Shown here one piece after another: positions 20,544 through 30,801 of a stretch of DNA of 64,000 nucleotides. The stretch lies in NCBI GenBank assembly GCA_963727285.1, contig CAVSFF010000008.1, positions 6,857 to 70,856 on the forward strand, in the 5' to 3' direction. The stretch's first letter is position 1, and the number at the start of each line of letters is the position of its first letter. A model generated the notes under the pieces. The model was not told where the DNA came from. It saw only the letters and a list, made by a program, of their open reading frames with translations, and made no database searches. The position numbers were made by a program, and so were the translations under genes. Source of the stretch: an uncultured Thermoleophilia bacterium. Its GTDB lineage: Bacteria > Actinomycetota > Thermoleophilia > Miltoncostaeales > Miltoncostaeaceae.

Positions 20544-23500
20544 ATGGCTGCGGCTCCGGAGTTCGTTCACCTACACGTCCATTCGGACTATTCGATCCTG
20601 GACGGGGCCTGCAAGATTGCGCGCCTGCTCGACCGGGTCGAGGAGATGGGCCAGACCGCCACCGCGCTCACCGACCACGGCGTCATGAGCGGTGCGATCG
20701 AGCTCTACCGCACCGCCAAGAAGCGCGGCATCACGCCGATCGTCGGGCTCGAGGCCTACCTCGTACCGGACCGCCACGCACGCCCGGGGCGTGAGCGCCG
20801 TGCCCACATCACGCTCCTGGCAGAGAGCACCGCCGGCTACTACAACCTCATCAAGCTCTGCTCAAAGGGGTTCCTCGAGGGCTATCACCGCAAGCCGCGC
20901 GTCGACTACGAGCTGCTGGCCCAGCATGCGGACGGCGTCATCGCGCTGACCGGCTGTCTGTCGGGGACGATCTGCGGCCTGGTCGAGCAGGACGACCTGA
21001 CCGGAGCACGCGCGGAACTCGACCGGCTCGTGCAGATCTTCGGTCGCGACGACGTCTACGTCGAGCTTCAGGATTCCGGCATCCCCGTCCAGCACAAGAT
21101 CAACCTCGAGCTGGCGCGACTCGCGCGCGACGCGGGGCAGACGATGGTCGCGACCTGCGACGCCCACTACGTCTGCCAGCACGACGCCGACGCCCACGAG
21201 GCGCTTCTGGCGATCCAGACGCGCGATGTGCTGTCGAACCCGAACCGGTTCAAGTTCGACACAAAGGAGTTCTATCTGAAGACCGGCGCCGAGATGGCGA
21301 TCGCACTGCCGGACTTCCTCGAGGCGATCCCGGTGTCGCTGGAGATCGCCGGTCGCTGCTCGGGACTGGAGCTGCCGATCGGCGAGGTCAAGCTGCCCCG
21401 TTTCCCGGTGCCGGACGGGACCACGCCGACCGCATACCTCGAGCAGCTCTGCCGGGAGGGCATGGGCCGGCGCTACCAGGGCCGGCCCCCGTCGGGCGCC
21501 GAGGACCGCCTGCGGTTCGAACTCGATGTCATCGAGGAGATGGGATTCTCCTCCTACTTCCTGATCGTCTGGGACTACATCCGGTGGGCGCGCGAGAACG
21601 GCGTGGCCGTCGGTCCGGGCCGTGGATCGGCTGCAGGGTCGCTGGTGGCGTTCACGCTGCGCATCACCGACCTCGATCCGCTGGAGCACGGCCTGCTGTT
21701 CGAGCGCTTCCTGAACCCCGGCCGCAAGAGCCTTCCCGACATCGACACCGACTTCGCCCAGAACGGCCGCGACCGTGTCGTGCGGTACGTCACCGAACGC
21801 TACGGGCAGGGGTCGGTCGCCCGCATCGGGACGTTCGGCAAGCTGCTCGCGCGGGCGGTCGTACGCGACTCCGGGCGTGTGCTCGGCTACAGCTACGGCC
21901 AGGTCGACCGCATCGCCAAGCTCGTCCCGGAGCGCCCGATCGGGATCCGGCTCGAGGACGCCCTCAAGGAGGGCAGCGAGCTTGCCCAGGCCTACGAGAC
22001 CGACGAGGCCGCCAAGAAGATCATCGATACCGCCCGCCCGCTGGAGGGGTTGGTCCGCAACGAGGGCGTGCATGCGGCCGGCGTCGTGATCGCACCGAGC
22101 GACGTTACCGACTTCATCCCGGTCCGGATCGACGATGACGGCAATGTGGTCACCCAGGTCCCCGACCACGACGTCGAGGCCCTCGGCCTGCTGAAGATGG
22201 ACTTTCTCGGTCTCCGCAACCTGGACATCATCCAGAAATGCGTCGAGCTGATCGAGGAAACCCACGGGCATGTGCTCGACATCGACACGCTGCCGCTCGA
22301 CGATCTCCCGACGTACCAAATGCTCGCCCGCGGCGACGGCCTCGGGGTCTTCCAGTTCGAGTCCAGTGGGATGCGCGACGCCCTCCGGGAGGTCCGCCCG
22401 ACGGAGTTCGCCGACCTGATCGCGCTCGTGGCGCTCTACCGCCCGGGGCCGATGGCGTTCATCCCGGCCTACGCGCGCAACAAGCGCGACCCCGGAAAGG
22501 TCGAGCTCGCCGATCCGCGGCTGGCGCCGATCACCGGCCCCACCTACGGCGTCGCGATCTATCAGGAACAGCTGATGGCGATCTCGCGCGAGCTCGCCGG
22601 TTTCTCGCCGGCCCGCGCGGACGACTTGCGCAAGGCCGTGGGCAAGAAGGACAAGGACCTGATGGCGTCCCTCAAGGACGAGTTCATCGAGGGCTGTCTG
22701 GCCACGGGGACCGACAAGCGCGTCGCCGCCGACCTCTGGGCGCTGTGCGAGGCCGCCGGGGACTACTCGTTCAACAAGTCGCACGCGGCCTGTTACGGCC
22801 TGCTGGCCTACCGGACGGCGTACCTGAAGTGCACCTACCCGGCCGAATACATGGCCGCGCTGATGTCGTCGGTCATGGATACCAAGGACCGGGTGCCCTT
22901 CTATGTGGCCGCGTCCCAGGACATGGGCCTGTCGGTGCTTCCGCCCGACGTCAACGCCAGCCGCTCGGACTTCGCGGTGACGGGCGAGCGCGAGATCCGC
23001 TTCGGCCTGACCGCGGTCAAGGGCGTGGGCGAGAACGCCGTGGCCGCGATCCTCGATGCCCGCGAGGCCGGTGGCGGGTTCCCGTCGATCTGGGATTTCT
23101 GTCGCCGGGTCGACCAGGCGCAGGTCAACAAGCGCGCGCTTGAGAGCCTTGTCCGCGCCGGGGCCTTCGACTCGACCGGTGCGACGCGCCTGGGCATCCT
23201 CGAGGTGCTGCCGGCGGCGATGGGGTCGGCCTCACGCGCCCGCAGCGACGCCGCCGCCGGCCAGGCGTCGCTGTTTGCCGCACTCGACGCGGACACCGAC
23301 TCGTCTCAGCCGGTCGATCTGGATCCGGCCATTCCCACCGGCGAGTTCTCCCGCGAGGATCTGCTCGCCGCCGAGAAGGAAGCGCTCGGGCTCTATGTCT
23401 CGAGTCACCCCCTCCAGGATTGCCGCAACCAGCTGTCCCGGGCCGTCACATGCAGTCTCGGGCGGCTGGACGACCAATCCGACGGCACCTTCGTGACGGT

Positions 23501-23984
23501 TGGCGGCATCATCGGCGCCATCAAGTCGATTACGACACGACGCGGCGAGCCCATGATGTTCGTCCGACTCGACGACCTCGAAGGGTCCGTGGAGGTCGTG
23601 GTCGTGCCGGCCGTGCTCAACGAGGCGCGCGAGCAGCTCGTGGCCGACGCGATCGTGGTGATCCAGGGCCGTATCGACCAGAAGGGCGAGGGGGAGACGA
23701 AGATCGTCGCCCGGACGATCGATCGCTTTGCCGTCGATCCCGATCGTGAGGAGCACCGGCTGACCCTCCGCGTCCACGCGTCGCGTCTGGAGCCCGGACA
23801 GCTGCCCCAGCTGCGACAGCTGCTGGTCGACCACGTGGGCGAGGCGCCGGTCGTCATGGTGATGGAGACCGACGACGGGGCGTACCGCTACCGGTTCGGG
23901 GACCGCTACCGGGTCAACCCGCGCGACAACAGCCTGCAGGCGTCGCTGAAGACGCTGCTGGGCGCGGAGTGCGTCGTCGGATAG
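20544..23984 (+). CDS. dnaE: DNA polymerase III alpha subunit
   Basis: PHP domain FVHLHVHSDYSILDGA, GPGRGSAAGSLVAF, DIDTDF, LLKMDFLGLRNL, FQFES and YSFNKSHAACYGLLAY, plus the OB-fold C-terminus. Confidence 0.95.
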   Translation: MAAAPEFVHLHVHSDYSILDGACKIARLLDRVEEMGQTATALTDHGVMSGAIELYRTAKKRGITPIVGLEAYLVPDRHARPGRERRAHITLLAESTAGYYNLIKLCSKGFLEGYHRKPRVDYELLAQHADGVIALTGCLSGTICGLVEQDDLTGARAELDRLVQIFGRDDVYVELQDSGIPVQHKINLELARLARDAGQTMVATCDAHYVCQHDADAHEALLAIQTRDVLSNPNRFKFDTKEFYLKTGAEMAIALPDFLEAIPVSLEIAGRCSGLELPIGEVKLPRFPVPDGTTPTAYLEQLCREGMGRRYQGRPPSGAEDRLRFELDVIEEMGFSSYFLIVWDYIRWARENGVAVGPGRGSAAGSLVAFTLRITDLDPLEHGLLFERFLNPGRKSLPDIDTDFAQNGRDRVVRYVTERYGQGSVARIGTFGKLLARAVVRDSGRVLGYSYGQVDRIAKLVPERPIGIRLEDALKEGSELAQAYETDEAAKKIIDTARPLEGLVRNEGVHAAGVVIAPSDVTDFIPVRIDDDGNVVTQVPDHDVEALGLLKMDFLGLRNLDIIQKCVELIEETHGHVLDIDTLPLDDLPTYQMLARGDGLGVFQFESSGMRDALREVRPTEFADLIALVALYRPGPMAFIPAYARNKRDPGKVELADPRLAPITGPTYGVAIYQEQLMAISRELAGFSPARADDLRKAVGKKDKDLMASLKDEFIEGCLATGTDKRVAADLWALCEAAGDYSFNKSHAACYGLLAYRTAYLKCTYPAEYMAALMSSVMDTKDRVPFYVAASQDMGLSVLPPDVNASRSDFAVTGEREIRFGLTAVKGVGENAVAAILDAREAGGGFPSIWDFCRRVDQAQVNKRALESLVRAGAFDSTGATRLGILEVLPAAMGSASRARSDAAAGQASLFAALDADTDSSQPVDLDPAIPTGEFSREDLLAAEKEALGLYVSSHPLQDCRNQLSRAVTCSLGRLDDQSDGTFVTVGGIIGAIKSITTRRGEPMMFVRLDDLEGSVEVVVVPAVLNEAREQLVADAIVVIQGRIDQKGEGETKIVARTIDRFAVDPDREEHRLTLRVHASRLEPGQLPQLRQLLVDHVGEAPVVMVMETDDGAYRYRFGDRYRVNPRDNSLQASLKTLLGAECVVG

Positions 23985-24020
23985 ACGGTCGCGCGGTGGT
24001 GATGGCGCGCCACCGCGAGC

Positions 24021-24470
24021 ATGCGCTACGGTCGAAGCCGGATCACCCCGACCCGGAGTCCCGCGCTGACCGACCACCCCGCCATCCCGTCACGACGCCC
24101 CGGTGCGCGCGTCGGCACGCCGTACCCGGACACGGGTCCGGGCGCCTGTGGCCAGTGTCCGGTGCGATGCGAACGGGTCGTCTACCCGTCGGGATGCATC
24201 CAGTCCGGGTGTCCGCGCCTGTATTCCTACGTCCGCGACGGTCGTGAGGTTATGGGCTGCCTCGACCGGGTGTTCTGGGCGGAGATCGACGTCGAACGCT
24301 TTCGTGCACTGCAACGCACCCGGGCCGGCTTCGGGGGCCTGCGGGTCTGGCGTGAGCCGAGCGCGATCTGCCGGTGTGCGATCGAGCGGACGTTCGACCA
24401 TCGCCCCCATGGTCCGTGCGTCAACCCGGACTTCCTCGGTGCGGCTCCGATCGCCGCAGGCTTCGACTGA
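24021..24470 (+). CDS. Cysteine-rich hypothetical protein
   Basis: Coding-like GC3. Nine Cys residues, including CGQCPVRC, GCIQSGC, GC, CRC and GPC. The true start may be internal. No family recognised. Confidence 0.45.
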   Translation: MRYGRSRITPTRSPALTDHPAIPSRRPGARVGTPYPDTGPGACGQCPVRCERVVYPSGCIQSGCPRLYSYVRDGREVMGCLDRVFWAEIDVERFRALQRTRAGFGGLRVWREPSAICRCAIERTFDHRPHGPCVNPDFLGAAPIAAGFD

Positions 24471-24509
24471 CAGGCGCCGCCCGTTCGGCACGCCGCAGCG
24501 GGCGGCCGG

Positions 24510-25235
24510 TTACGACGTCGTGATGGTTGCCGAGTAGATCCAGACCGGCTGGTCGGGCTTGCCGGTCGTGGCGTCGGCGGGGACATTGGCGATCAGGTTG
24601 ACCACGTTCTGGCCCGTCGTGACATGGCCGAAGCGCGAGTACTGGTGCGGGAGTGACACCGCCTGGGACCCCTGGACGATGAAGAACTGGGACCCGTTGG
24701 TATTCGGGCCGGCGTTGGCCATCGCGACGTCGCCGAGGGTGTACGTGGTCTTCGGCAGCTCGTCCTTGAACTGGTAGCCCGGACCGCCGGTCCCGTCACC
24801 CTTCGGGTCGCCTCCCTGAATCACGAATCCCGGGATCACCCGGTGGAAGGTCAGGCCGTTGTAGAAGCCCTGGCCGGCGAGGAAGACGAAGTTGTTGACC
24901 GTGACCGGCGCCTGCTTGGGGAGCAGATTCATCACGATCGTGCCGCACGAGGTGTGGAGCGTGGCCGTGTACGTCTTGGTCGGGTTGATCGTCATCGCCG
25001 GCGCGGCGGCATACGTCTTCGGCTTGGCGGCCGTGGCGGGCACGGTGTGGATGCAGGTGCCGGCGGGCACCGCGGGCGCGGCGGCCGACGTCGAGGATGA
25101 TCCGGCCTGCGATCCGGTCGCGGTCGTGGCGCCCGTGGAACCGGACGAACTGCTGCCGGAGCCGCAGGCGGTGAGGGCGATCAGGCCGGCGGCCGCGAGG
25201 AGCGCGGCAGCGCTGCGTTGGGTGCATGTGGTCAT
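24510..25235 (-). CDS. Peptidyl-prolyl cis-trans isomerase (cyclophilin type), lipoprotein
   Basis: Signal plus lipobox ...GLIALTAC, an S/T/G-rich linker, then the cyclophilin core NNFVFLAGQGFYNGLTFHRVIPGFVIQGGDP...MANAGPNTNGSQFFI. Confidence 0.85.
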   Translation of the reverse strand: MTTCTQRSAAALLAAAGLIALTACGSGSSSSGSTGATTATGSQAGSSSTSAAAPAVPAGTCIHTVPATAAKPKTYAAAPAMTINPTKTYTATLHTSCGTIVMNLLPKQAPVTVNNFVFLAGQGFYNGLTFHRVIPGFVIQGGDPKGDGTGGPGYQFKDELPKTTYTLGDVAMANAGPNTNGSQFFIVQGSQAVSLPHQYSRFGHVTTGQNVVNLIANVPADATTGKPDQPVWIYSATITTS

Positions 25236-25384
25236 AGCGGGAGGGTAACGACCGCGCATGACGGCGGCGGGGATGCGGGGTGTGGCGGCCGGACGCCGGC
25301 AGACCCGCCCGAGGTGGACATGATCGCCCGATCGGTGGCGTGCGGGGTTTCGATGGCGGCGTGAACCTGCGAGCCTGTAGGGCG

Positions 25385-26521
25385 ATGACTGATCTCGGAC
25401 ACACCGCACTCGGTGCCTGGAGCGGCGGTCGCTTCATGCACTTCGGCCTCCCGCTCGACGAGGAGCGCTACCTGGCCCTGATCCGCCCCGACGACGCCAT
25501 CCGCACCGTCGTCACCGCCGACGTGTACGGCAGCGGCGAGGCCGATCGGATGGTCGGACGCGCGATCGCCGGGTTGCCCCGCGATTCGTACCGGCTGGTC
25601 GCCGCCATCGGACACGATTTCGTCCACGGTGAACGCGACGGCGCCAAGGGGTTTCCGCGCTTCACGGACCCGCGACTGCGCTCGTCCGATCGCTACGCCG
25701 ATTACCTCGCACGCGCCTGTGAGGACAGCCTGGAGCGGTGTGGGGTCGATCACTTCGACCTGCTCATGCTGCACAATCCGGACCGGATCGGCTACTCGAG
25801 CGCCGTCGTGTGGGAGACCGGAATGGCACGGCTCAAGGAGCAGGGGCTGACGCGCTCCCTGGGGCTCGCCCCGGGACCTGCCAACGGCTTCACACTCGAC
25901 ATCCTGCGCTGCCTGGAGCGGTTCGGCGAGCTGATCGAGTGGGCCATGATCATTCTCAACCCGTTTGAGCCGTGGCCCGGCCGCCTCGTGCTTCCGGCGA
26001 TGGTCGCGTCCGAGGTCAAAGTGCTCGCCCGCGTCGTCGATTACGGCGGTGTGTTTCACGATGACCTGCCGGACGAGGCCAACCTCGCCCCGATGGACCA
26101 CCGCGCGTTTCGGCCGGCCGGTTGGGTCGACCAGGGCCGCACCCGGCTGGAACGACTGCGCGGGATCGCCGACCGGCACGGGCTCACGCCGCTGCAGCTC
26201 GCCTGCCAGTGGACGCTCGCCCAGCCGTCGGTCGAGTGCGTGGTCCCGACACTGATCCAGGAGCCGGGTCCGCAGGCCAAGCCCGTCGAGACCAAGCGCG
26301 CCGAGCTGGCGGCGACGCCGACGACGACGCTGCTGACCGACGACGAGATCGCCGCCATCACCGAGGTCGGCGAGAACGCCGGGTGCATGCCGCTCAAGGG
26401 CGGATCGCCGCTGCACACCGGTGCCGAGGTCGCCGACGCGTGGCCCCTCGACGACGATCTGCGGCGCCTCGCCGGAGACTGGGACATCGTCCCCGACCGG
26501 GATCTGGTCGAGCTGCACTGA
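25385..26521 (+). CDS. Aldo/keto reductase family oxidoreductase
   Basis: VVTADVYGSGEADRMVGRAI, SLERCGVDHFDLLMLHNPD and LQLACQWTLAQPSV. Longer than a typical AKR. Confidence 0.75.
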   Translation: MTDLGHTALGAWSGGRFMHFGLPLDEERYLALIRPDDAIRTVVTADVYGSGEADRMVGRAIAGLPRDSYRLVAAIGHDFVHGERDGAKGFPRFTDPRLRSSDRYADYLARACEDSLERCGVDHFDLLMLHNPDRIGYSSAVVWETGMARLKEQGLTRSLGLAPGPANGFTLDILRCLERFGELIEWAMIILNPFEPWPGRLVLPAMVASEVKVLARVVDYGGVFHDDLPDEANLAPMDHRAFRPAGWVDQGRTRLERLRGIADRHGLTPLQLACQWTLAQPSVECVVPTLIQEPGPQAKPVETKRAELAATPTTTLLTDDEIAAITEVGENAGCMPLKGGSPLHTGAEVADAWPLDDDLRRLAGDWDIVPDRDLVELH

Positions 26522-26549
26522 GGGCCCGGCCCCCGGGGCCGGCTCCGGG

Positions 26550-26924
26550 TCAGCGCGTGATGGCGGGTGATCCGACGGCCACGACGGCGACCGCGACGAT
26601 GAGGTGGTCCTGGCCGGGGCCGTAGTCGGTGCCGTTGTGGGTGCGCATTCCGCCCGTCGTCGCGGTCACCACAACCTGTCCGTACGGGAAGACAGCCGCG
26701 ACGGCGGAGGTGTCCACCTCCTCCGGGCGGGGCACGGCGACCTCGACCCGGACTTGCATGTGGGCTCGGTCGCTGTCGGGCAGCAGCAGACCGACGCCCG
26801 GCAGGGACGTGCGGCCGATCGCCTCGCGCGCGGCACGACACGCCGCCTTGGTCATGTCTTCGCCGACCAGATCGACGCCGAGGCCCATCTCCAGAAACAG
26901 GGGGGTGAAGGGGCCCGTCGTCAT
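26550..26924 (-). CDS. Lin0512-family conserved hypothetical protein
   Basis: MTTGPFTPLFLEMGLGVDLVGEDMTKAACRAAREAI... matches my memory of the Lin0512/TIGR02058 N-terminus. Length 124 aa. Confidence 0.55.
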   Translation of the reverse strand: MTTGPFTPLFLEMGLGVDLVGEDMTKAACRAAREAIGRTSLPGVGLLLPDSDRAHMQVRVEVAVPRPEEVDTSAVAAVFPYGQVVVTATTGGMRTHNGTDYGPGQDHLIVAVAVVAVGSPAITR

Positions 26925-26946
26925 CGGCACGGCCAGGTGGGAGTGC

Positions 26947-27354
26947 TCACGTGTCGGACGGCGGCGGCTGTTCGTCGAACTCGAGCGCGGCGGAGTTGAT
27001 GCAGAACCGCAGGCCCGTCGGGTCGGGACCATCGGGGAAGACGTGGCCGAGGTGTGCGTCGCAGACGTGACACCGGACCTCGGTCCGGATCATTCCGTGC
27101 GAGCGGTCCTGGAGCTCGTCGACGGCGCCGTCGTCGGCAGGCCGGGTAAAGCTCGGCCAGCCGCTGCCCGACTCGAACTTGTCCTCGGAGGTAAACAGCT
27201 CGGCTCCGCAGCACACGCACCGATACATGCCGGACCCGTGGTGATCCCAATAGACGCCCGTGAACGCGCGCTCGGTCGCGCCCTCGCGTGTGACCGCGTA
27301 CTGCTCGGCGGTGAGTTTGTCGCGCCAGGCGGTGTCATCGGGCGGGGTGCTCAT
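26947..27354 (-). CDS. msrB: Peptide-methionine (R)-S-oxide reductase
   Basis: [11 protein letters not shown]...GWPSF...[21 protein letters not shown]...RFCINS. Both CxxC pairs and the catalytic Cys are present. Confidence 0.9.
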   Translation of the reverse strand: MSTPPDDTAWRDKLTAEQYAVTREGATERAFTGVYWDHHGSGMYRCVCCGAELFTSEDKFESGSGWPSFTRPADDGAVDELQDRSHGMIRTEVRCHVCDAHLGHVFPDGPDPTGLRFCINSAALEFDEQPPPSDT

Positions 27355-27376
27355 GACGGTCCTTCCGGATCGGGGA

Positions 27377-29353
27377 TCAGTCTTCGGAGTCGGCGCGCGC
27401 AGCGACCAGCTTGCGCAGCTCGCCCATGACGGCCGGGTCGCGCAGCGTGGTGACGTCACCGAGCTCGCGGCCGGCGGCGATGTCGCGCAGCAGGCGCCGC
27501 ATGATCTTTCCTGAGCGGGTCTTGGGCAGGTCCGCCGTCCAGATGATCCGCTTCGGCCGCGCGAACTTGCCGATGTGCTCGGCGACGTGATCCCGGATTG
27601 CCTGGTCGAGAAGGTCGGTATCGGTGCCCTCGACCGGGGTGACGAAGGCGACGATGGCCTGGCCCGTGATCTCGTCATCCTGCGCGACGACGGCGGATTC
27701 GGCGACCTTGGGGTGGCCGACGATCGCCGACTCCACCTCGGCGGTGGACAGGCGGTGGCCGGAGACGTTGATCACGTCGTCGATCCGCCCGAGGATCCAG
27801 ATGTCGCCGTCGGCGTCGAGCCGTGCCGCGTCGCCCACGAGGTAGGTGTCCGAGCCGAACCGCTCCCAGTACGTCCGGATAAAGCGTTCCGGATCCTTGA
27901 AGATGGTGCGCAGCATCCCGGGCCACGGACGGCGGAGCACCAGCAGCCCCTGGCCCTCGGAGATCGGGTTCCCGTCGTTGTCGACGACCTCGGCACTCAC
28001 ACCCGGCAGCGGACGCATCGCGCAGCCGGGCTTGGTCGCGGTCAGTCCCGGGATCGGGGAGATCATGATCTGCCCCGTTTCGGTCTGCCACCACGTGTCG
28101 ACGATCGGGCAGTTGCCGCCGCCGATGACTTCGCGGTACCAGAGCCAGGCCTTCGGATTGATCGGCTCGCCGACCGAACCCAGCAGGCGCAGGCTCGACA
28201 GGTCGAACTTGTTCGGCTCCTCGGCACCCCAGCTCATGCAGGCCCGGATCGCGGTCGGCGCCGTATAGAAGATGCTCGCCTTGTAGCGCTCAACCGTCTC
28301 CCACCAGATTCCCCGGTGGGGATAGTCGGGTGCGCCCTCGTACATCACGCTGGTGGCCCCGTTGAGCAGCGGTCCGTAGACGATGTAGCTGTGCCCGGTG
28401 ATCCATCCGACGTCGGCCGAACACCAAAAGACGTCGGATTCGGGCCGCAGGTCGAAGACGTACTTGGTGGTGTAGGCGGTGCCCACGAGGTAGCCACCGG
28501 TCGTGTGCAGAATGCCCTTCGGTTTCGCCGTCGAACCGGACGAGTACAGGATGAACAGGGGGTGTTCGGCATCGAACGGGGTTGCCGGTGCGATCGGGTC
28601 CGCCGCCGCCAGCGCGGTGTCCCAGTCGACGTCGCGCCCGGGCGCCATCGGGCAGTCCACCTCGGTGCGGCGGACGACCAGGACGTGGTCCATCGCCGGC
28701 AACGAGCCGAGCGTCGGATCGACCTCCTGCTTGACCGGAACCGTCTTGCCGCGGCGCCGGGCACCGTCGACGGTGATCAGCAGTTTGGCGTCCGACTCCT
28801 CCATGCGCTCGCGGACCGCTTCGACCGAGAACCCGCCGAACACGACGTTGTGCGGGGCGCCGACGCGGGCGCAGGCCAGCATCGCGACGACCACCTCGGG
28901 GATCATCGGCAGATAGATCCCCACGACGTCGCCGGCGCCCACGCCGAGTGCGGTCAGGGCATTGGCCGCGCGCTGGACGTGCTCATGGAGCCAGGCATAG
29001 GTGATCGTGCGCTCTTCGCCCTCTTCGCCCCGCCAATAGAACGCCACCCGGTCGCCGTTGCCCGCCTCGACGTGGCGATCGACGCAGTTGTAGGACGCGT
29101 TGATCTTGCCGCCGACGAACCACTTGGCAAATGGCTTGTCCGACCAATCGAGAACGGTGTCCCAGGGGGTGTCCCAATCGAGGGCACGGGCCTGGCGCTC
29201 CCACCACCCGTTCGGGTCGGCCTCGGCTTCGGCGTAGACCGCGGGGTCGTTCCACAGGGCCTTGGCCGCGAACGACGCCGGCGGCGGGAAGGATGTGACC
29301 TTGAGCAGTTCTTCGAGGCGCTGTTCGAGGGCGATGCCGGCAAGTTTTGTCAT
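27377..29353 (-). CDS. acs: Acetyl-CoA synthetase (AMP-forming)
   Basis: [75 protein letters not shown] and [13 protein letters not shown]. Confidence 0.9.
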   Translation of the reverse strand: MTKLAGIALEQRLEELLKVTSFPPPASFAAKALWNDPAVYAEAEADPNGWWERQARALDWDTPWDTVLDWSDKPFAKWFVGGKINASYNCVDRHVEAGNGDRVAFYWRGEEGEERTITYAWLHEHVQRAANALTALGVGAGDVVGIYLPMIPEVVVAMLACARVGAPHNVVFGGFSVEAVRERMEESDAKLLITVDGARRRGKTVPVKQEVDPTLGSLPAMDHVLVVRRTEVDCPMAPGRDVDWDTALAAADPIAPATPFDAEHPLFILYSSGSTAKPKGILHTTGGYLVGTAYTTKYVFDLRPESDVFWCSADVGWITGHSYIVYGPLLNGATSVMYEGAPDYPHRGIWWETVERYKASIFYTAPTAIRACMSWGAEEPNKFDLSSLRLLGSVGEPINPKAWLWYREVIGGGNCPIVDTWWQTETGQIMISPIPGLTATKPGCAMRPLPGVSAEVVDNDGNPISEGQGLLVLRRPWPGMLRTIFKDPERFIRTYWERFGSDTYLVGDAARLDADGDIWILGRIDDVINVSGHRLSTAEVESAIVGHPKVAESAVVAQDDEITGQAIVAFVTPVEGTDTDLLDQAIRDHVAEHIGKFARPKRIIWTADLPKTRSGKIMRRLLRDIAAGRELGDVTTLRDPAVMGELRKLVAARADSED

Positions 29354-29496
29354 GAACCGCACAATATCCGGCGACCGTCTGCGGTGCCACGCCCGTCGGG
29401 ACGGCGGTGTTCCGCGGCCGGACCCCCCCGGGCGGCGGGCCCCAGATGCCCGTATAGACTCACCTGGTGAGCCAGGCTGCGACACGCACTGCGCGG

Positions 29497-30772
29497 ATGG
29501 CGACCCGTCGCGCGTGCGCCATCTTCGTTGCTGCGGCGCTGCTCCTGGCGGCTGCCGCCGGGATCGCGCTCGCGTCCTCGACCGCATCGCGCACGGCCGC
29601 CTACCGTCAGGCGCTGGCGGGGGCGACCGCAGCCCGGATCCTCCACTCGGCATTTCCGGCCACCACCGTCAAGAAGTTGCCGGGCCATACGATTCGCGCG
29701 TTGGTCGCGGTCACGACCGGCACCGTGGTCATCGAGGGCCAGACGGCCATGACCGTCACCGATCAGGCGACGGGGGGGACCCACCTGACCGTTCCGGCCC
29801 ACCACCGCGTGCAGGTGACCGCCGTGGTGACGGGCGGGACCGTCACCGGCGTGTCCGTCGAGGATCTCGACGCGGCGACGCCGACGCCGCTGGCGATGAC
29901 GGGCCCCGTGCGGTTCGTGACCGCCACAAGCCTTCGGCTCGACCGGCCCGTCGCCCTGCGCTATCGCGGCGCCCTGCAGATCCGCGCCGGATTCCAGAAC
30001 CGCCTGATGGTCATCAATGACGTGTCCGCGGAGGCGTACACCTACGGCGTGCTCGCCGGTCAGATCCCGTCGACGTGGGGGCCGCGCGCGTTTCAGGCTG
30101 TCGTCGCGGGAGCGATCGCCGTCCGTTCGCGCGCCGTGGCGACGCTCGGCTCATCCCGCCGGCAGCCTCTACGACGTGACCTCGGACAACCCGCTGTATC
30201 TGGGCATCGACGGCGAGCGGAGCGTCACCACCAAGGCGACGGTCGCATCGGCGGGTAAGGTGCTCGTCCGCGGCGCGGCCGTGCAGAGCGTGTCCTTCAT
30301 CGGCGTCCAGCCCATCTTGTTCCTGCCGCGGCCGGGTCACCCGGATTTCGTCGCCAACGGACCCGCCAAGCCCATTCCCGGCGCGCGGCCCAACCTCGCC
30401 GCGACCGCGGTCGGCCTCGCGCACTCGATGCTCGGGCACCCGTATGTCTGGGGCGGCACGAGCCCCGGCGGATTCGACTGCTCGGGCCTGATGTACTGGA
30501 TCTGGTTCAAGCACCTCGGCCTCAAGATCCCGCGCGTCGCCAATGATCAGTCCAAGGTCGGGTACCCGGTCCAGCGCAACGATCTGCAGCCCGGGGACCT
30601 CGTCTTCTTCGCCGACAGCTCCGGGTACGTCACCCACGTCGGGATGTACCTCGGCGGCGGACGCTTTCTGCACGCGGCCAATCCCGGCTCCGGGGTCCGG
30701 ATCGACTCGCTGTTGGCGGGGTACTTTGCCCAGACCTACGCCGGCGCCCGCCGGTATTCGTTGCGCACCTAG
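29497..30772 (+). pseudogene. SpoIID/LytB-domain plus NlpC/P60 cell-wall hydrolase fusion; frame broken near 30150
   Basis: Signal peptide MATRRACAIFVAAALLLAAAAG. SpoIID-like RYRGALQI...VINDVSAEAYTYGVLAGQIP...AVVAGAIAVRS continues in the +1 frame as AGSLYDVTSDNPLYLG. Then NlpC/P60 GHPYVWGGTSPGGFDCSGLMYW...HVGMYLGGGRFLHA. Confidence 0.7.
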
Positions 30773-30801
30773 ATGCCCGACGTCGACGAGAGCGTAGTGC
30801 G

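Noticed and set aside
20862-22784. 640-aa minus-strand ORF
   Set aside because: It is antisense to dnaE and is a shadow frame.
23992-24017. Terminator hairpin after dnaE
   Set aside because: It has only an 8-bp stem with a 10-nt loop and no U-tract. That is too weak to list as a feature, so it is mentioned only in the Cys-rich protein finding.
27575-29470. 631-aa plus-strand ORF
   Set aside because: It is antisense to acs and is a shadow frame.
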